Positions 27,951 to 40,359 are shown, numbered from the stretch's first letter. The stretch is 64,000 nucleotides of DNA from Basidiobolus meristosporus CBS 931.73 (GCA_002104905.1 MCFE01000212.1:62001-126000); one strand, 5' to 3'. Notes: generated by a model from the letters alone, not told the origin. Numbers and translations are program-made.

Positions 27951-29723
27951 TCAGCGAGATTGGTAACCTGGGGACCACATGCGACTTTGCACATGTCGAA
28001 CCAGCTGGATCCACGCGGGGCTGCCCACCTCGGCCGTCTCCCCGACGGGAAGGATGGAGAGGATCTCTGGCTCGGTGGCGAGGTTCTCCTTGACCGCTTG
28101 ACGGCAGACCGCGGCCGCCACCACTGCGGACACCTCCCGGATGCGGTCGATGCGCGGGTAGAGCAGGTGGCTCTTGCGTTCGTCCTCGGTCAAGGAGTCG
28201 GCCAACGCGGCCGCAGAGGCGTAGATGATGGTGTCGGTGATACGGGAGGGTCTGGCCAGGATGGCACCGAGTCCGAGTCCCGGGAAGATGTACATGTTGT
28301 TGCCTTGTCCTGGGACGTGCTCCACTCCCTGCTCATCCTTGTAGCGGGGGAAAGCGGTGCCAGAGGCGAAGAGGACCTTGCCCTTGGTGTGGATCATGGC
28401 TTGCTCGAAGGAGCACTCGGCTTGGGTGGCGGGGTTGGAGAGGGGGAACACGATGGGGCGTTCGTTGATCTTGGTCAGGATTTGAAGGACCTCCGGGGTG
28501 AACATGCCTTGCTGGGAGCTCAAGCCGATCAAGGCGGTAGGACGGACGTGCTCGATGGTCTCCTTGAGGTCCTTGAACTGCTTGCCCTCGTTGTCGTCAC
28601 GTGCGAAGTAGACCTTGTGCTGGGCGAGCTTGTCGCCACGGTCCAGGGTGACCAAGCCCTTGGAGTCGTTCAACCAGAAAAGGCGTTTGGCCTCATCCTC
28701 GGTCATACCGTGCTCCAGTACGAAGTAGTCCATGATCTGCTTGGCCACCCCTACCGCGGCCGACCCCGCTCCGAAGAAGAGGAGCCTGTGCTGCTTGGCA
28801 GGGATACCGACCTCACGGACGGCGTTGATGAAGCCGGAAAGGATGACAGCCCCGGTGCCCTGGATATCGTCGTTGAAGCTAAGGTACCGCTCGCGGTGGC
28901 GGTCGAGGAGCTCGAACGCGTGCTCGGAGGAGAAATCCTCGAACTGGATGAGCATCTTGGGGAACGCCTTGTGAAGGGTGGCCAACACGGTGTCCACCGC
29001 GTTGTAAAACTCGTCCCCGTCGAGTCGCTTCCGGCGCAGTCCGAGGTAGAGGGGGTCGTCGAGGTTCTTCTGGTTGTTGGTTCCGAAGTCGAGGCAGATG
29101 GGGAGGGTCTTGCGGGGGTCGATACCGGCCGCGGCAACGTAGAGCTGTAGTTTGCCAACCGGGATGCCCATGCCGCCCACCCCAAGGTCGCCAAGGCCAA
29201 GGATACGGGAGCCGTCGGTGAGGACTGCGATGTCCGGTCTGAGCTCGGAGTCGGGAAGGGAGTTCCGGTAGTTTTCGAGGATCCGGTCGAGGTGGGGAAG
29301 ATCCTCGACGGAGATGAACAACCCGTCAAAGGACCCCTCCGGGTGGAGAAAGGGGTAAATGTGGGAGTAGTTCACGCATGCGTTGCCCACGGTGGGGGTG
29401 TATATGATGGGCATGAGCTCCTCCGGCGAGGTGAGGACCATGCGGTAGAACAGGTTGGTGTTGGTGTGTCGCAGGTTGGACAGAAAGAGGTACCTCTCCA
29501 TGTGGTTGGCCTTGCCACGGAACTGCTCGAAGGCGCGGGTGAGTTGGTTCTCCAACGTCTCCACCGCGGGTGGTAAGAGTCCTCGTAAACGAAGCTGATC
29601 CCGCTCCGCCATCGACGTGGCCGTGCTCTTGGCGGCAAAAGCAGAGATCCCTTTGGCCGTGTAGGAACGGCTCACGAAGGAGTGGAGCAGACGAGAGGGC
29701 GCGACACGACGTAGTGCTAACAT
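27951..29723 (-). CDS. MAE1: Malic enzyme, mitochondrial-type (N-terminal presequence), 590 aa, intron-less
   Basis: Motifs MPIIYTPTVG, TDGSRILGLGDLG, IQFEDF, FNDDIQGTG, GAGSA, FPLSNP, GQGNN. The Arg/Ser-rich, acid-free N-terminus MLALRRVAPSRLLHSFVSRSY fits a mitochondrial presequence. Confidence 0.95.
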   Translation of the reverse strand: MLALRRVAPSRLLHSFVSRSYTAKGISAFAAKSTATSMAERDQLRLRGLLPPAVETLENQLTRAFEQFRGKANHMERYLFLSNLRHTNTNLFYRMVLTSPEELMPIIYTPTVGNACVNYSHIYPFLHPEGSFDGLFISVEDLPHLDRILENYRNSLPDSELRPDIAVLTDGSRILGLGDLGVGGMGIPVGKLQLYVAAAGIDPRKTLPICLDFGTNNQKNLDDPLYLGLRRKRLDGDEFYNAVDTVLATLHKAFPKMLIQFEDFSSEHAFELLDRHRERYLSFNDDIQGTGAVILSGFINAVREVGIPAKQHRLLFFGAGSAAVGVAKQIMDYFVLEHGMTEDEAKRLFWLNDSKGLVTLDRGDKLAQHKVYFARDDNEGKQFKDLKETIEHVRPTALIGLSSQQGMFTPEVLQILTKINERPIVFPLSNPATQAECSFEQAMIHTKGKVLFASGTAFPRYKDEQGVEHVPGQGNNMYIFPGLGLGAILARPSRITDTIIYASAAALADSLTEDERKSHLLYPRIDRIREVSAVVAAAVCRQAVKENLATEPEILSILPVGETAEVGSPAWIQLVRHVQSRMWSPGYQSR

Positions 29724-30965
29724 TTGAGTGGCGAAAGTAGCATGAGCAGCACGAAACGCATCAACAAACTGATATTGTTCATAGGGCGGGGGCTGGGGTC
29801 AGGGTGATGTGATGGTGATGTTGACAATAGGAGTAGGTTGAAAATCAAGCGTCGTCACGCTGATTTGCCGATGACTTGATCCCCGATCACGACTTATCAC
29901 CAACAAATCCCCCTGAGCCGTCCTAACCATCCAGATCCAAGTCAGGCTGGCGACAGATGAGTAACAATGAGTGGTTAGGCTTCCCAGGCGTCCAACCCTA
30001 ACGTACGTGACCCACCCACCTAAACTTTAATGCCAACTCACTTATTTATAGTCGCTTCACACGGACTTAGTCATCATTAGCCAGCCTTGGTAAAGTCTCG
30101 GCGTTCCGTCCTCGTCCGCGACGGGAAAGGAAAGCATGTTTCAAGTTCTTATGACCCAGTTGGTTGTCGAGGATCGTACCTTCCTCTAGGGGAATTCCAG
30201 CCCCGATCTAGATCTCATCGCTCGAGGCAGCGTCGGTTCCGACCCTTCGGTATCCCAGGATTGCATCAGGCTGAAGGGCTCGACGTGGTACACTTCGTTC
30301 GACAACCAGCAGTCCACCGGATTTCGCTTGCGGCACGTCAACGATCGCCCTTCGCTCGAGATAATCACTGGGAAGGCGGAAGATGGCCAGATGCTGATTA
30401 ATCGCATCTTCTCCTGGGCCAGATTATCTCTCTTATACGCGAGCTGGGCACCGTCGTCGGGTCGATTATCAAACGCTGGCCACGATTATCGGGGAAAGTG
30501 ATACGTTCTACAGCCTTCCCGGAATCCACCGGGCAGGCTGATTCACGGTCGGGATGCCTCGTAGGCATCATGATGCTCGATGCGCTCATTGGTCCGTGTG
30601 ACATTCATTTGGTGACATCCAGTTATGACTTAGATTAGATGTAGATGTAAGGGTTGCTGAAGGGACACCGTCCTCATCCCACATCCCACCACCCATCACC
30701 CGCCATACACCAGCGCGGCGAGCATCCCATCCGCCATGTGATACCAGACAAAACATGGCATTCATCGCATACCCCGTACTGCACGCTGGAGCTGGATTTG
30801 GAATCCACCGTAGTTCATGCGATCAAGGGAATTGCTGGATCGGTTTCAAGCCCCAATCCGCACTGTTTGGTAGGTGGCCGGAGAACCTATAAATGGCTCC
30901 GCTCGCACCCATGAAACGGCACTCGTTTTCCATCTTCGATCACCCACCCGCCCACCAAATCAAGC
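29724..30965. promoter_or_regulatory. Shared divergent promoter region of the two malic enzyme genes
   Basis: 1.24-kb CpG-rich gap between head-to-head start codons. Individual sites were not identified. Confidence 0.55.
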
Positions 30966-32693
30966 ATGACCAACAACATTCGTTCCTCTTTCGTCGCCCA
31001 GGGTACCGCCACCTCCGAGGCGGACCGCGACGCTTACAAGTTGCGTGGTTTGATGCCCGCCGTGGTCGAGACCTTGGAAAAACAAGCCACCCGTGCATTC
31101 GAACAGCTTCGCAACAAGACCAGCGACTTGGAGAAGTACATCTTCTTGGCTTGGTTGAGAAACACCAACACCCGTCTTTTCTACAAGCTGGTCATGGACT
31201 CCCCTGAGGAGATCATGCCCCTCATCTACACCCCCACCGTCGGTGCCGCCTGCGTCAATTACTCTCACATTTATCCATTCCTCGGCCCCAACGGCAACTT
31301 CGACGGGCTCTTCATATCCATCGACGATCTCCCCATCATCGATCAGATCATCGAGAACTACAAGAACTCCCTTCCCAGCTCCGAGATCTCCCCCGATATC
31401 GCTGTTGTCACCGACGGTTCCCGCATTCTTGGTCTTGGCGATCTTGGCGTGGGCGGCATGGGCATCCCCGTCGGCAAGCTTCAGCTCTACGTTGCTGCTG
31501 CCGGTATCGACCCCCGCAAGACCCTCCCCATCTGCCTCGACTTCGGAACCAACAACCAGAAGAACCTCGACGACCCCCTCTACATTGGTCTCCGCAGAAA
31601 CAGACCCGAGGACCCTGAGTTCTACCAAGCCGTGGACACCGTTCTTGCCTCTTTGAACAAGGCGTTCCCCAAGATGCTCATCCAGTTCGAGGATTTCTCC
31701 TCCGAGCACGCGTTCGAGCTCCTCGACCGCCACCGCGAGCGGTACCTTAGCTTCAACGACGATATCCAGGGCACCGGGGCCGTCATCCTTTCCGGCTTCA
31801 TCAACGCCGTCCGTGAAGTCGGTATCCCTGCCAAGCAGCACAAGCTTCTCTTCTTCGGAGCCGGATCCGCCGGTGTCGGAGTTGCCAAGCAGATCATGGA
31901 CTACTTCGTACTGGAGCACGGTATGACCGAGGATGAGGCCAAACGCCTTTTCTGGTTGAACGACTCCAAGGGCTTGGTCACCCTGGACCGTGGCGACAAG
32001 CTCGCCCAGCACAAGGTCTACTTCGCACGTGACGACAACGAGGGCAAGCAGTTCAAGGACCTCAAGGAGACCATCAAGCACGTTCGTCCTACCGCCTTGA
32101 TCGGCTTGAGCTCCCAAGGTGGCGTCTTCACCCCCGAGATCCTCGAACTTCTGGCTGAGATCAACGAACGCCCCATCGTGTTCCCCCTCTCCAACCCCGC
32201 CACCCAAGCCGAGTGCTCCTTCGAGCAAGCCATGATCCACACCAAGGGCAAGGTCCTCTTCGCCTCTGGCACCGCCTTCCCCCGCTACAAGGATGAGCAG
32301 GGAGTGGAGCACGTCCCAGGACAAGGCAACAACATGTACATCTTCCCGGGACTCGGACTCGGTGCCATCCTGGCCAGACCCTCCCGTATCACCGACACCA
32401 TCATCTACGCCTCTGCGGCCGCGTTGGCCGACTCCTTGACCGAGAACGAACGCAAGAGCCACCTGCTCTACCCTCGCATCGACCGCATCCGGGAGGTGTC
32501 CGCAGTGGTGGCGGCCGCAGTCTGCCGTCAAGCGGTCAAGGAGAACCTCGCCACCGAGCCAGAGATCCTCTCCATCCTTCCCGTCGGGGAGACAGCCGAG
32601 GTTGGAACCCCAGCCTGGGATGAGTTGATCAAGCACGTCGAGGGCAACATGTGGAAACCTGTTTACGAAACCGAGATTATCAGCAGAATGTAA
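30966..32693 (+). CDS. Malic enzyme, cytosolic-type (no presequence), 575 aa, intron-less
   Basis: Same catalytic motifs, with GAGSAG and NDSKGL. Lacks the N-terminal extension. Confidence 0.95.
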   Translation: MTNNIRSSFVAQGTATSEADRDAYKLRGLMPAVVETLEKQATRAFEQLRNKTSDLEKYIFLAWLRNTNTRLFYKLVMDSPEEIMPLIYTPTVGAACVNYSHIYPFLGPNGNFDGLFISIDDLPIIDQIIENYKNSLPSSEISPDIAVVTDGSRILGLGDLGVGGMGIPVGKLQLYVAAAGIDPRKTLPICLDFGTNNQKNLDDPLYIGLRRNRPEDPEFYQAVDTVLASLNKAFPKMLIQFEDFSSEHAFELLDRHRERYLSFNDDIQGTGAVILSGFINAVREVGIPAKQHKLLFFGAGSAGVGVAKQIMDYFVLEHGMTEDEAKRLFWLNDSKGLVTLDRGDKLAQHKVYFARDDNEGKQFKDLKETIKHVRPTALIGLSSQGGVFTPEILELLAEINERPIVFPLSNPATQAECSFEQAMIHTKGKVLFASGTAFPRYKDEQGVEHVPGQGNNMYIFPGLGLGAILARPSRITDTIIYASAAALADSLTENERKSHLLYPRIDRIREVSAVVAAAVCRQAVKENLATEPEILSILPVGETAEVGTPAWDELIKHVEGNMWKPVYETEIISRM

Positions 32694-32736
32694 ATCTGGT
32701 CCACACGTTACACTTGCATCATCTCACCACCGACCA

Positions 32737-32860
32737 CACCACGCACACACACACACACACGCACACGCACACATCTCCACTCCCTACATTAATCCAACCC
32801 ATCTGGCCCAGTTGTAAATCGATGGCAGTCCACTATCCTTATCCTTATCCTTATCCTTAA
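32737..32860. repeat. (CA)n and (CTTATC)n microsatellites
   Basis: Direct reading of the sequence. Confidence 0.8.
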
Positions 32861-33171
32861 CCTTACCCTTGAGCTTGCTCCGATCCCAACCCCGTGATCC
32901 AAATAAAATGCTAAACTGTTGGGTGCATACAACCTCTTTCGTCCACGATTCCGCGTGGCGTGATCTGGCCATCTTTCGCATTAGTAATCAGGTGGTAGGC
33001 AACGTAGATGATAACCATGAAATGGCCGGAATCGTTTATAAGTCACATGGTGAGAACTGCCATCGTTCGCACTATGATTCATGTGGGTGTGGGTGTGGGT
33101 GTGAATGAGCGTGAGGATGAGGATGCTCAGGATAAGGTTGCTGATGGCGAGAACAAGGCGGTTTATTGGTG

Positions 33172-34298
33172 CTAGCCCTCGATGACAGGGGGGGAGTTTT
33201 TCTGAAGGGCCTTCTGTCGCTGATAGAATGCATGGGGGATGATTCTGCATGCCACGGTGTCACAGAGCTGGGGGGTCTTGGCTTTGTCAAGGAACTCGAA
33301 GAAGGTCAACCCCGAGGATTTCTCCAACGCCTCCACCGGCACCACGAACTGCTCGAGTGGGGTGTCGTCGGGGATGGGCGCGTTGGGCAACACGAAGGCA
33401 CCCAGCGCATACTGCTGCTGGTTCTTCACCCCGAGAATGACCTTGTAGAAGTGGGTGGGGACGGCGACGTTGGGTGGGTTGCCGATCATCTCGTACTTCA
33501 CGTACCACTTGCGATCGCCCTCGTCGTAATGGGGCAGGTAGAGTGGCCCGGTGATGATGTACACGTCCGAAAAACTCTTGGTCAACTCCCGACCGAAGTT
33601 CTCCAGGTGCGCCCAGTAGTCTCGGTTAAAGCCTTGGCCCACCTGGGGACTGATGTTCGTCATGAAGAAGGTGTCGTCCATGCCCTCCTGGGAATTCTTG
33701 GCATCCGCCGCAGGCATCATGTGGCCGCGGTCGTATCCGCTACGGAAGTAATCGGCCAGCTTGGCCCGATACATCTCCGGAAGGCTGGTGTCTTCCTTGA
33801 AGGTGGACTTGCTACGGTCCACCCCCTCCCGCTCATTACGCTTCAGGCTTTCGACGGTGATGTGTTCGGCGACCTAGGGGAAGAGACCCACGTCAGTACT
33901 ACCGCTACCCAGCGCTTTCAACCAACCATAGACCATACCCAATTAGGATTCCGCAACTGGCGGTTGTAGGAGGCGACGTACGACTTGCGGTATTTGATAT
34001 CGGAGATGGGACCTGGTTCGAGCAAGCATTAGTAGGACCCCAAAATGGTTACAGGGAAAAGCAAACATTCACCTGGGAAACCGAACTTCATAATCTGCTT
34101 TCCAATCTCGATGTTGTTTTGCGGGGGAACGGGTACCTGAGGCCGTGGTACGGCTACTGGCGCGGCAGAGGGCACCGGTGCAGGCAAGCCAGTGACTACG
34201 GGGGAGACCTTTGGCTTCTGGGACTGGTTGTATACGGCCAAGCCAATGGCACCTACGACAGTACCACCTGCGAATAGTGCGATACTTCTTGCCGACAT
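33172..34298 (-). CDS. NUC1: Mitochondrial DNA/RNA non-specific nuclease (Nuc1/EndoG), 333 aa; exons 34298-34073, 34012-33939, 33873-33172
   Basis: Motifs GFPGP, SYNRQLRNPNWVAEH, YDRGHMMPAAD, MTNISPQ, VAVPTHFYK. Two GT-AG introns of 60 and 65 nt, with TACTAAT and TACTGAC branch sites, preserve the frame. Confidence 0.95.
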
Positions 34299-36394
34299 CG
34301 TTGGAGAGGAACCCAAGGTGGGGAGGGAAAAATGCTTCGATACCCTTCATTTACCCCATCAATTTCCATGCATCCCTTTCTGATTAGATTGGATTTACAA
34401 TGGCACCCCTCTCTTCGGCCAATCGCCTTCTCCTCATCCATTTACCATGTGCGTCTTCTTCCCTCTGGCAAGCCATCTACCACAACTTCTTTTTGCTTAC
34501 CCGCCCCTGGTTTCTAGCGAACATGCTTGGTTTTATTATGGAGAGTTGCTTACTGCAGCCTGTCTATTACATAAGCCACGTCCTGCTGCCATAGCAGGGA
34601 GCTGTTCCTCTTCCACCTGAGAATGGCGTCGTTTGCGACCCCGAACTCGAGGAACCCCTCCTGGGACTGCAGGTGGGCCTTCACTTCGCGAAGGTCCGCC
34701 GTGCAACTCCGCACCATGTTCTTAAACTCGAAAACGCCGACGCTCTCGTAATCCTCCGCCTTGATGATGCAGCAGTTTTGTGAACAGGGGAACTTCTGGG
34801 CGTCCGTGTGTTGTTGACCTGCGCATATCCTGGCCATGGCAAGCACCAGGAAGAGTTGGCCCAAGCCGAGCATACTGTTTATGGGTGTTATCGAAAATAC
34901 GGGAAAGCGGGAGATCGTCTACTGCGATGGCGGTGAACAGGGCGTTCATTCTTTCTCTTTCCTCTTTTATATGCTCTGTTAGATGTTGGTAGAATCCCTT
35001 CTTGCTCTCTAGGGGTATGCATACGGATTGGCATTCGAGGAGGTTCTTCAGGCTGAAGGAGCAATCGGAATTGTCAATGCGTACACACGGATGGTGGGGC
35101 AAAGCTGGCCTGGATCAAAGTGGCGCATGATGGTTCATGGAAAGTGGTCTGATCTACATATATGTACATAAAAAGGGCAATATGCTCCAGAATTTCATGC
35201 ACTTTGCTCTGCTAATAGGCAACTTGTTTGTCCCCTGCATGTTATCAATGTTTGCATTCCGAATTACTCCAAGTCAGATGATCAATATAACTTGGAATGG
35301 TGTCTACTTCTTATCTTTATTGCTGAGTACAATGAAGTGGAATCAGCTCAACATGGGTTGGTCCTGCACCTGTCCCTCTGGCAAGGGTACGTTGGAATCT
35401 AAATCTATTCAAATGACTTCATTATATCAACTTTGGAAGGATCCTGGCAAGCTCAGTTGGACCTCATACTGATTGATATGATTGAGTATATTCACTGGCA
35501 GTATAGCTCCTGAAGATTGAGCAACCAATGGAGGCATATGACATGCATTGGGAGTCTCACAGCTGAAACTGTTGCATTTCCTCTAAGTTATTATTTTGAG
35601 TCATCACCTGAATCTCAACCTATGGACTGTAGTATCCCTATGAGAAATCTCAAACTAGGAATTCATCTGATTTTCAGCCAGCATTCTGCTGGTGTTTTTT
35701 CTTCAAATTTTCAGTTGCAATTTTTGGCAGATGTAGTGAGCAGCTGATGACCACATTTGGGATGAATACCAATTGGCCTGGTCTCCTCCTAGAAAATATG
35801 TCTGCTTGTCTGCCCAAAAGCTAGTACCTGAGATATTGAGAGTTGTCGTTTGTGAGAAACTTGGAGCTCAGCTGATATTATGATGGTATTTTGCTGGATG
35901 TTTCTCAATTTCTTCACTTAGGGAGTACCTCAGCATATTCTGATACCTACATTGTTCTTGATATGGCTCAGCTCCTGAAAATATGATTACTTCTGCATCA
36001 GCCAAAATTCTTCTGACTCCTAACAAATGTTTCAGAGGCCCTTTGAGCACATTTCTTCTACTAATCTACCTAAAATCCTGTACAAGTACTCTGTAGTTTT
36101 TTCTTGAAGTGGGCACCTTCCCAACAGAGACATCAAATTTTAATTGTGCCTATCATTTTGCAAGTGATTCTCACTTTTTAGGGTATAATATCACTGGGAG
36201 TAGCAATCCAGTTGCTGCCAAAGCTTGTGTGCCATAATCTCTGATGTTGAGGGTTGTAAATGTTGCAATATTCAAAGGAGTGTTGGGAGTGATGTGGAGA
36301 ACTAAAGGACCTGAATGTTATTCACTTAGAGGCTTATTGATCAGAAGTATAGTATTTATACTTCTAATAAAGTAAGACAAACAAGTAAGTAGAG

Positions 36395-36744
36395 TGCTGT
36401 AAGAGTATTGGAGATATTACAGGTGATTTGGAGACCAAGTAGATTATGTAGTTTTCATTCAATGATTTATTGAATGTAAAAGTAATATTTATACTTATAC
36501 ATAGTCTTCGCATGACATATATGCGCAATAGGTCTGGGAAGGTCCCAGGAACATGTGTGCAAAGTCTTATAGCTGTTTGAACACATTTGAGAATTCTCAT
36601 GCTTTGGGAATCTGTTGTTTTGATGAGTATATTATGAGTAAATCCTAACAAGCAGCTTGGTCAGTATTCACTACAATTTGTAAGTAATAATCTAAGTGGC
36701 TAAGTTAGGTGAGTATTTATGTGGAATTACAGATTCTTACAGCA
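36395..36744 (-). repeat. Copia solo LTR with a perfect 5-bp TSD
   Basis: Reverse complement of the 11621 LTR. TAGAG at 36390-36394 and 36745-36749. Confidence 0.85.
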
Positions 36745-36769
36745 TAGAGTTTGCTGAAGAAGGTCCCAC

Positions 36770-36945
36770 AATGATGTGTGCAAAGTTTGGGGTCTTTTGG
36801 ACAACTTTGAGAGAGGTCATGATCTTGGTATCTGCTAATTTGGTAAAAATATTCCAAGTAAATCCCAACAAGAAATTTGGTCAGGACAGGATGCTAACCA
36901 CAGAGCAAGATCTGTGTGAATGAGTTAGCATGAATATTTAGGTGA
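36770..36945 (-). repeat. Partial copia LTR fragment
   Basis: Contains AAGGTCCC...GGACAACTTTGAGA...TGAATATTTAGGTG, shared with the LTR family. Confidence 0.6.
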
Positions 36946-38210
36946 CAACTTAATAATACAACAGTGACCATAAGGAAACCTGGATATTCATTGATATTTT
37001 GCTAATATTACTCACTTATAGGACTTGAAATTGCTGTCTCTATGCAAATATGAAGTGACAACCAAATATTACTGGCTTGGTACTTGCAGGCATCCACCAC
37101 TACTTAAATTACTGCATCAAGTATCAAAGCTTCTATCCATCATGTGCTAAACCTGCATCATATTCTTGAGCACAAGCCATGTATTACATTTACTGTTAGT
37201 GTCTTATTCTTGGAAGCTAGTTCTTTGACGCTGCTTGCTTACAGATGTATTGTCTATTAAGCTTACTACTGGATATTTGGCAGTGTTGGGTGCTTCAGCA
37301 AAGTTAATTTTGATTTGCAAATGTTGTAAGATTCCAGGATGAACCAGAGAGATCTGGGGAATTTGAACAGTCATGAGTTTTTTGACTTGCTGTTTTTTGA
37401 GTTCAGATAAACCAATGATTTGTCTGGCAATAAACAGTTGAACTAAAAAGAGCAATGCTCAAAGGAAGGTCCCAGAAAGTGGTGTGCCAGCTCAAGTGCA
37501 TTTTCAAGAGCTCAAAGATATTGACAATTTCTATACCTTCACTGATTATCAGAGTTAGTAATTATCTTACAAACCTAATACCAGGTACAAACTCCATTGT
37601 CAGGCAATAAACCAAGTTCATTGTTTTGCTATGTGGAAGATTAAGGGTGAATCACATTATTGCAGTCACAAATCAGCTCCCAAGTATACAAGCTCACTTC
37701 AATTAGATTCTTTGATATGTTTAGCCCAAATGATCAGCTATGAGGTAGTTTTGTGCCAACAAGAATTGATCTGTAACAAACTCTAGATTGATTTTTTGGT
37801 CAGAGCATGTTCAGATGCATGTCAATGATTGAATCTGCACAAACACTGCACATAGCTTTATGGCCATAGGAGTAAAGGGCTTGGCTACAGGCCATCAGAT
37901 TCTTTCTTTGCTACTCAGGATATAACTGTCATGTGATGATCATAGTGCAAGTGCTGTATATTATATGTATATATATCAGTTGTCATGCCTTATATTGATG
38001 ATATTAGTATTCTGTTCAGACTATATCATTTGTATATACTATATGTAATATAGAGATCTCTGATATTGAGATTGCTGGAATGATGTAATAAGTAAACTCT
38101 TTGCAATTTAACAGTCTTAGCTTCTCTGTTAGCAATACTGAATTTCCAGTAGCTGTGTACTTTGTGATGAGAACAGTGTGCCAATAGTTTTGCACAAATT
38201 CAAACCTAAT

Positions 38211-38532
38211 CCTAGAGTGGTTAGGAGAACAAGTAGACAATGTGGCTTTGACTTAATAGTTGATTGAATGTACAAGAAGTACTCCTACATTTACATGGTT
38301 TTGACAATGCAAACATGTAGAATATGTTTAGGAAGGTCCCAAGTACATGTGTGAATGTTTAGGGCTCTCTGGTCAACTTTGATAATTCCAGTGTTCTGGG
38401 TACCTGATGTTCTTGGTGAAAATATTTTAAGTCCTTTAAGGAATTTGGTCAGTGCTCACCATGACTTGAAGGTAATGATCTAAGTGACTATGATATGTGA
38501 ATATTTAGGTGGAATTTCAAATTTTGACAACA
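38211..38532 (-). repeat. Copia LTR, truncated at one end
   Basis: Homologous to the 11621 LTR and ends in GACAACA. Confidence 0.75.
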
Positions 38533-39559
38533 GCCAAACACCAAAATCCTAAACATAGGCCCTTGGGACCTTTTGAATATACTTTGCATAGTTTTCTTGT
38601 TGGCACCATGCAAATATATACACACTACTTCTACCATATAATAATCATTCAGCAAGTACTGCAAAATCTACTTGTTCTGTTTATCACTTTAAATATCTCT
38701 GGAGCTCTTATGACACCATCTCCACAGGATTTGGAACTTTACAATAACAACCTACCACAACTGTTATGAGGCTGAGCGCATTTAGATGGCCTCCCAATGA
38801 TCAGCTTGTAGCTGTATGGTGACCATGTGGTGCTAGGCTGCTTTTACTGGGATTCTGCAAGTCTCTGGTCATAACCAGCATTAGAGTGATGCTTGCAATG
38901 TTGTTATACTCCCCCTTTCAGACAATCTAGCACTTGAAATGCCACTTATAGTCTGCTGTATTAGATAGTATCCTACAAAGAGTGATTGAGAAAAGCCTGC
39001 AAAGTACCATCAGAATATCAGGTGAATTCTTAGATTCACAGTACCAACAACTCTTAATATCTTGTGCGTTGGTTGTGGGGCAGACCAGCAGATAAACTTT
39101 CAAGGAGGAGACTATGACAAGTGGTATTCATACCAAATTTGGTAATGAACTGCTCACTACTGCTATCAAAGATTACAACTGAAAACTTGAAGGAAAAACA
39201 TAGGGTCAATACAAGCAAAATACTATTGGAACACCAGCACAATGATGGCTAAAATTCAGATGAATTTCAAGTCTGAGGTTTTTCATAGTAGAATTTTGCT
39301 GGCATTTAGCTGGTAATCTCCCTTGGTATTCCTGATTGTAAGTCTAAATGAAAGTAACACTTTTTTCCAGTTGATAGTGCCAAAGAGCACTATCCAGTGT
39401 ATAGAGGCAGATCTATACAGCACTTTGTGGAATATTATGACATGGTAAAAAACTGAAAAAACCAATACTCCATGCTTCAATCCTAGCATATTCAAAATAT
39501 TAACAAAAATATTAAGCTATGCTTCAATGCAAAGGTTAGGTGCCATACCATCCCAGTTG

Positions 39560-39870
39560 GACAACCAAGACAATGAATAAGTTATATACCTTGCAAGCTG
39601 CTTTACACAAAAATTAAGAAAAACAACCTGAGTCTCATCTAAAAAAGCTTACACTAGTGCAGGTGGTGGAGCATATTTGGTAATACTTGTCAGGATGGAG
39701 ATTTCAAATACATACCAACCATAGGGCCCCACTATACATGTTTAGTCTGCTAAAGCCAATTGTCAGAATAGCTCACTGTGAAAATATACTGATGGAGAAA
39801 AATTTCATAACTTACCATTTTAGAGGAAAGAGAACCCCAGCTGATTGCTTGCCAAGCTTATTTCATGAGG
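39560..39870 (+). pseudogene. Decayed Ty3/gypsy RNase H fragment
   Basis: Reads FQIHTNHRAPLYM...RIAHCENILMEKNFITYHFRGK..PADCL, matching the pattern F.I.TDH..L...RIARW...L.E.NF.I.H..GK.N..AD.LSR. Confidence 0.65.
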
Positions 39871-40359
39871 TCAAAGTAATTGCAACAAAAATATGCACTA
39901 TGTTAAAGGAAAAAAGTAAAAAAAGCAACATCCAAGGACCATTATAATCTTATCACTATATGACCCTACTCCTTTTATGAGCAGAAAAGTTGGTAAAAAC
40001 TACACAATGAGAATCAGAAGTAATATCCAAAGACTTGGTGAAAAATTCTAGGAGGTGTTGCCAGAAGGGTAGAAAAAGAAGTGGTGCAAGAAACCCATCA
40101 TCAACATCACTGGGCTGCATATACCTGGCATCTAGTAAGGCAAAAATACACTGTACCACCCCTATACAGAAGAGTATAAGAAATTGCTCAGGAATACACA
40201 CTACATATAAGATATCAGAATAATCTACATACAACTCACCTGGATCAAGATCATAATGCATGCAACTGGCCATTAAAAGTCCTAGGAATTCACTTCATGG
40301 AACCAATCAAACAAACAAACCACAGAAGCAATATATACTAGTATTTTTGGACCACACTA

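Noticed and set aside
27960-33969. Long antisense ORFs (27960-29150 +, 30960-32636 -, 33166-33969 +)
   Set aside because: Shadows of GC-rich codon usage on the opposite strand of the malic enzyme and NUC1 genes. They have no recognisable motifs.
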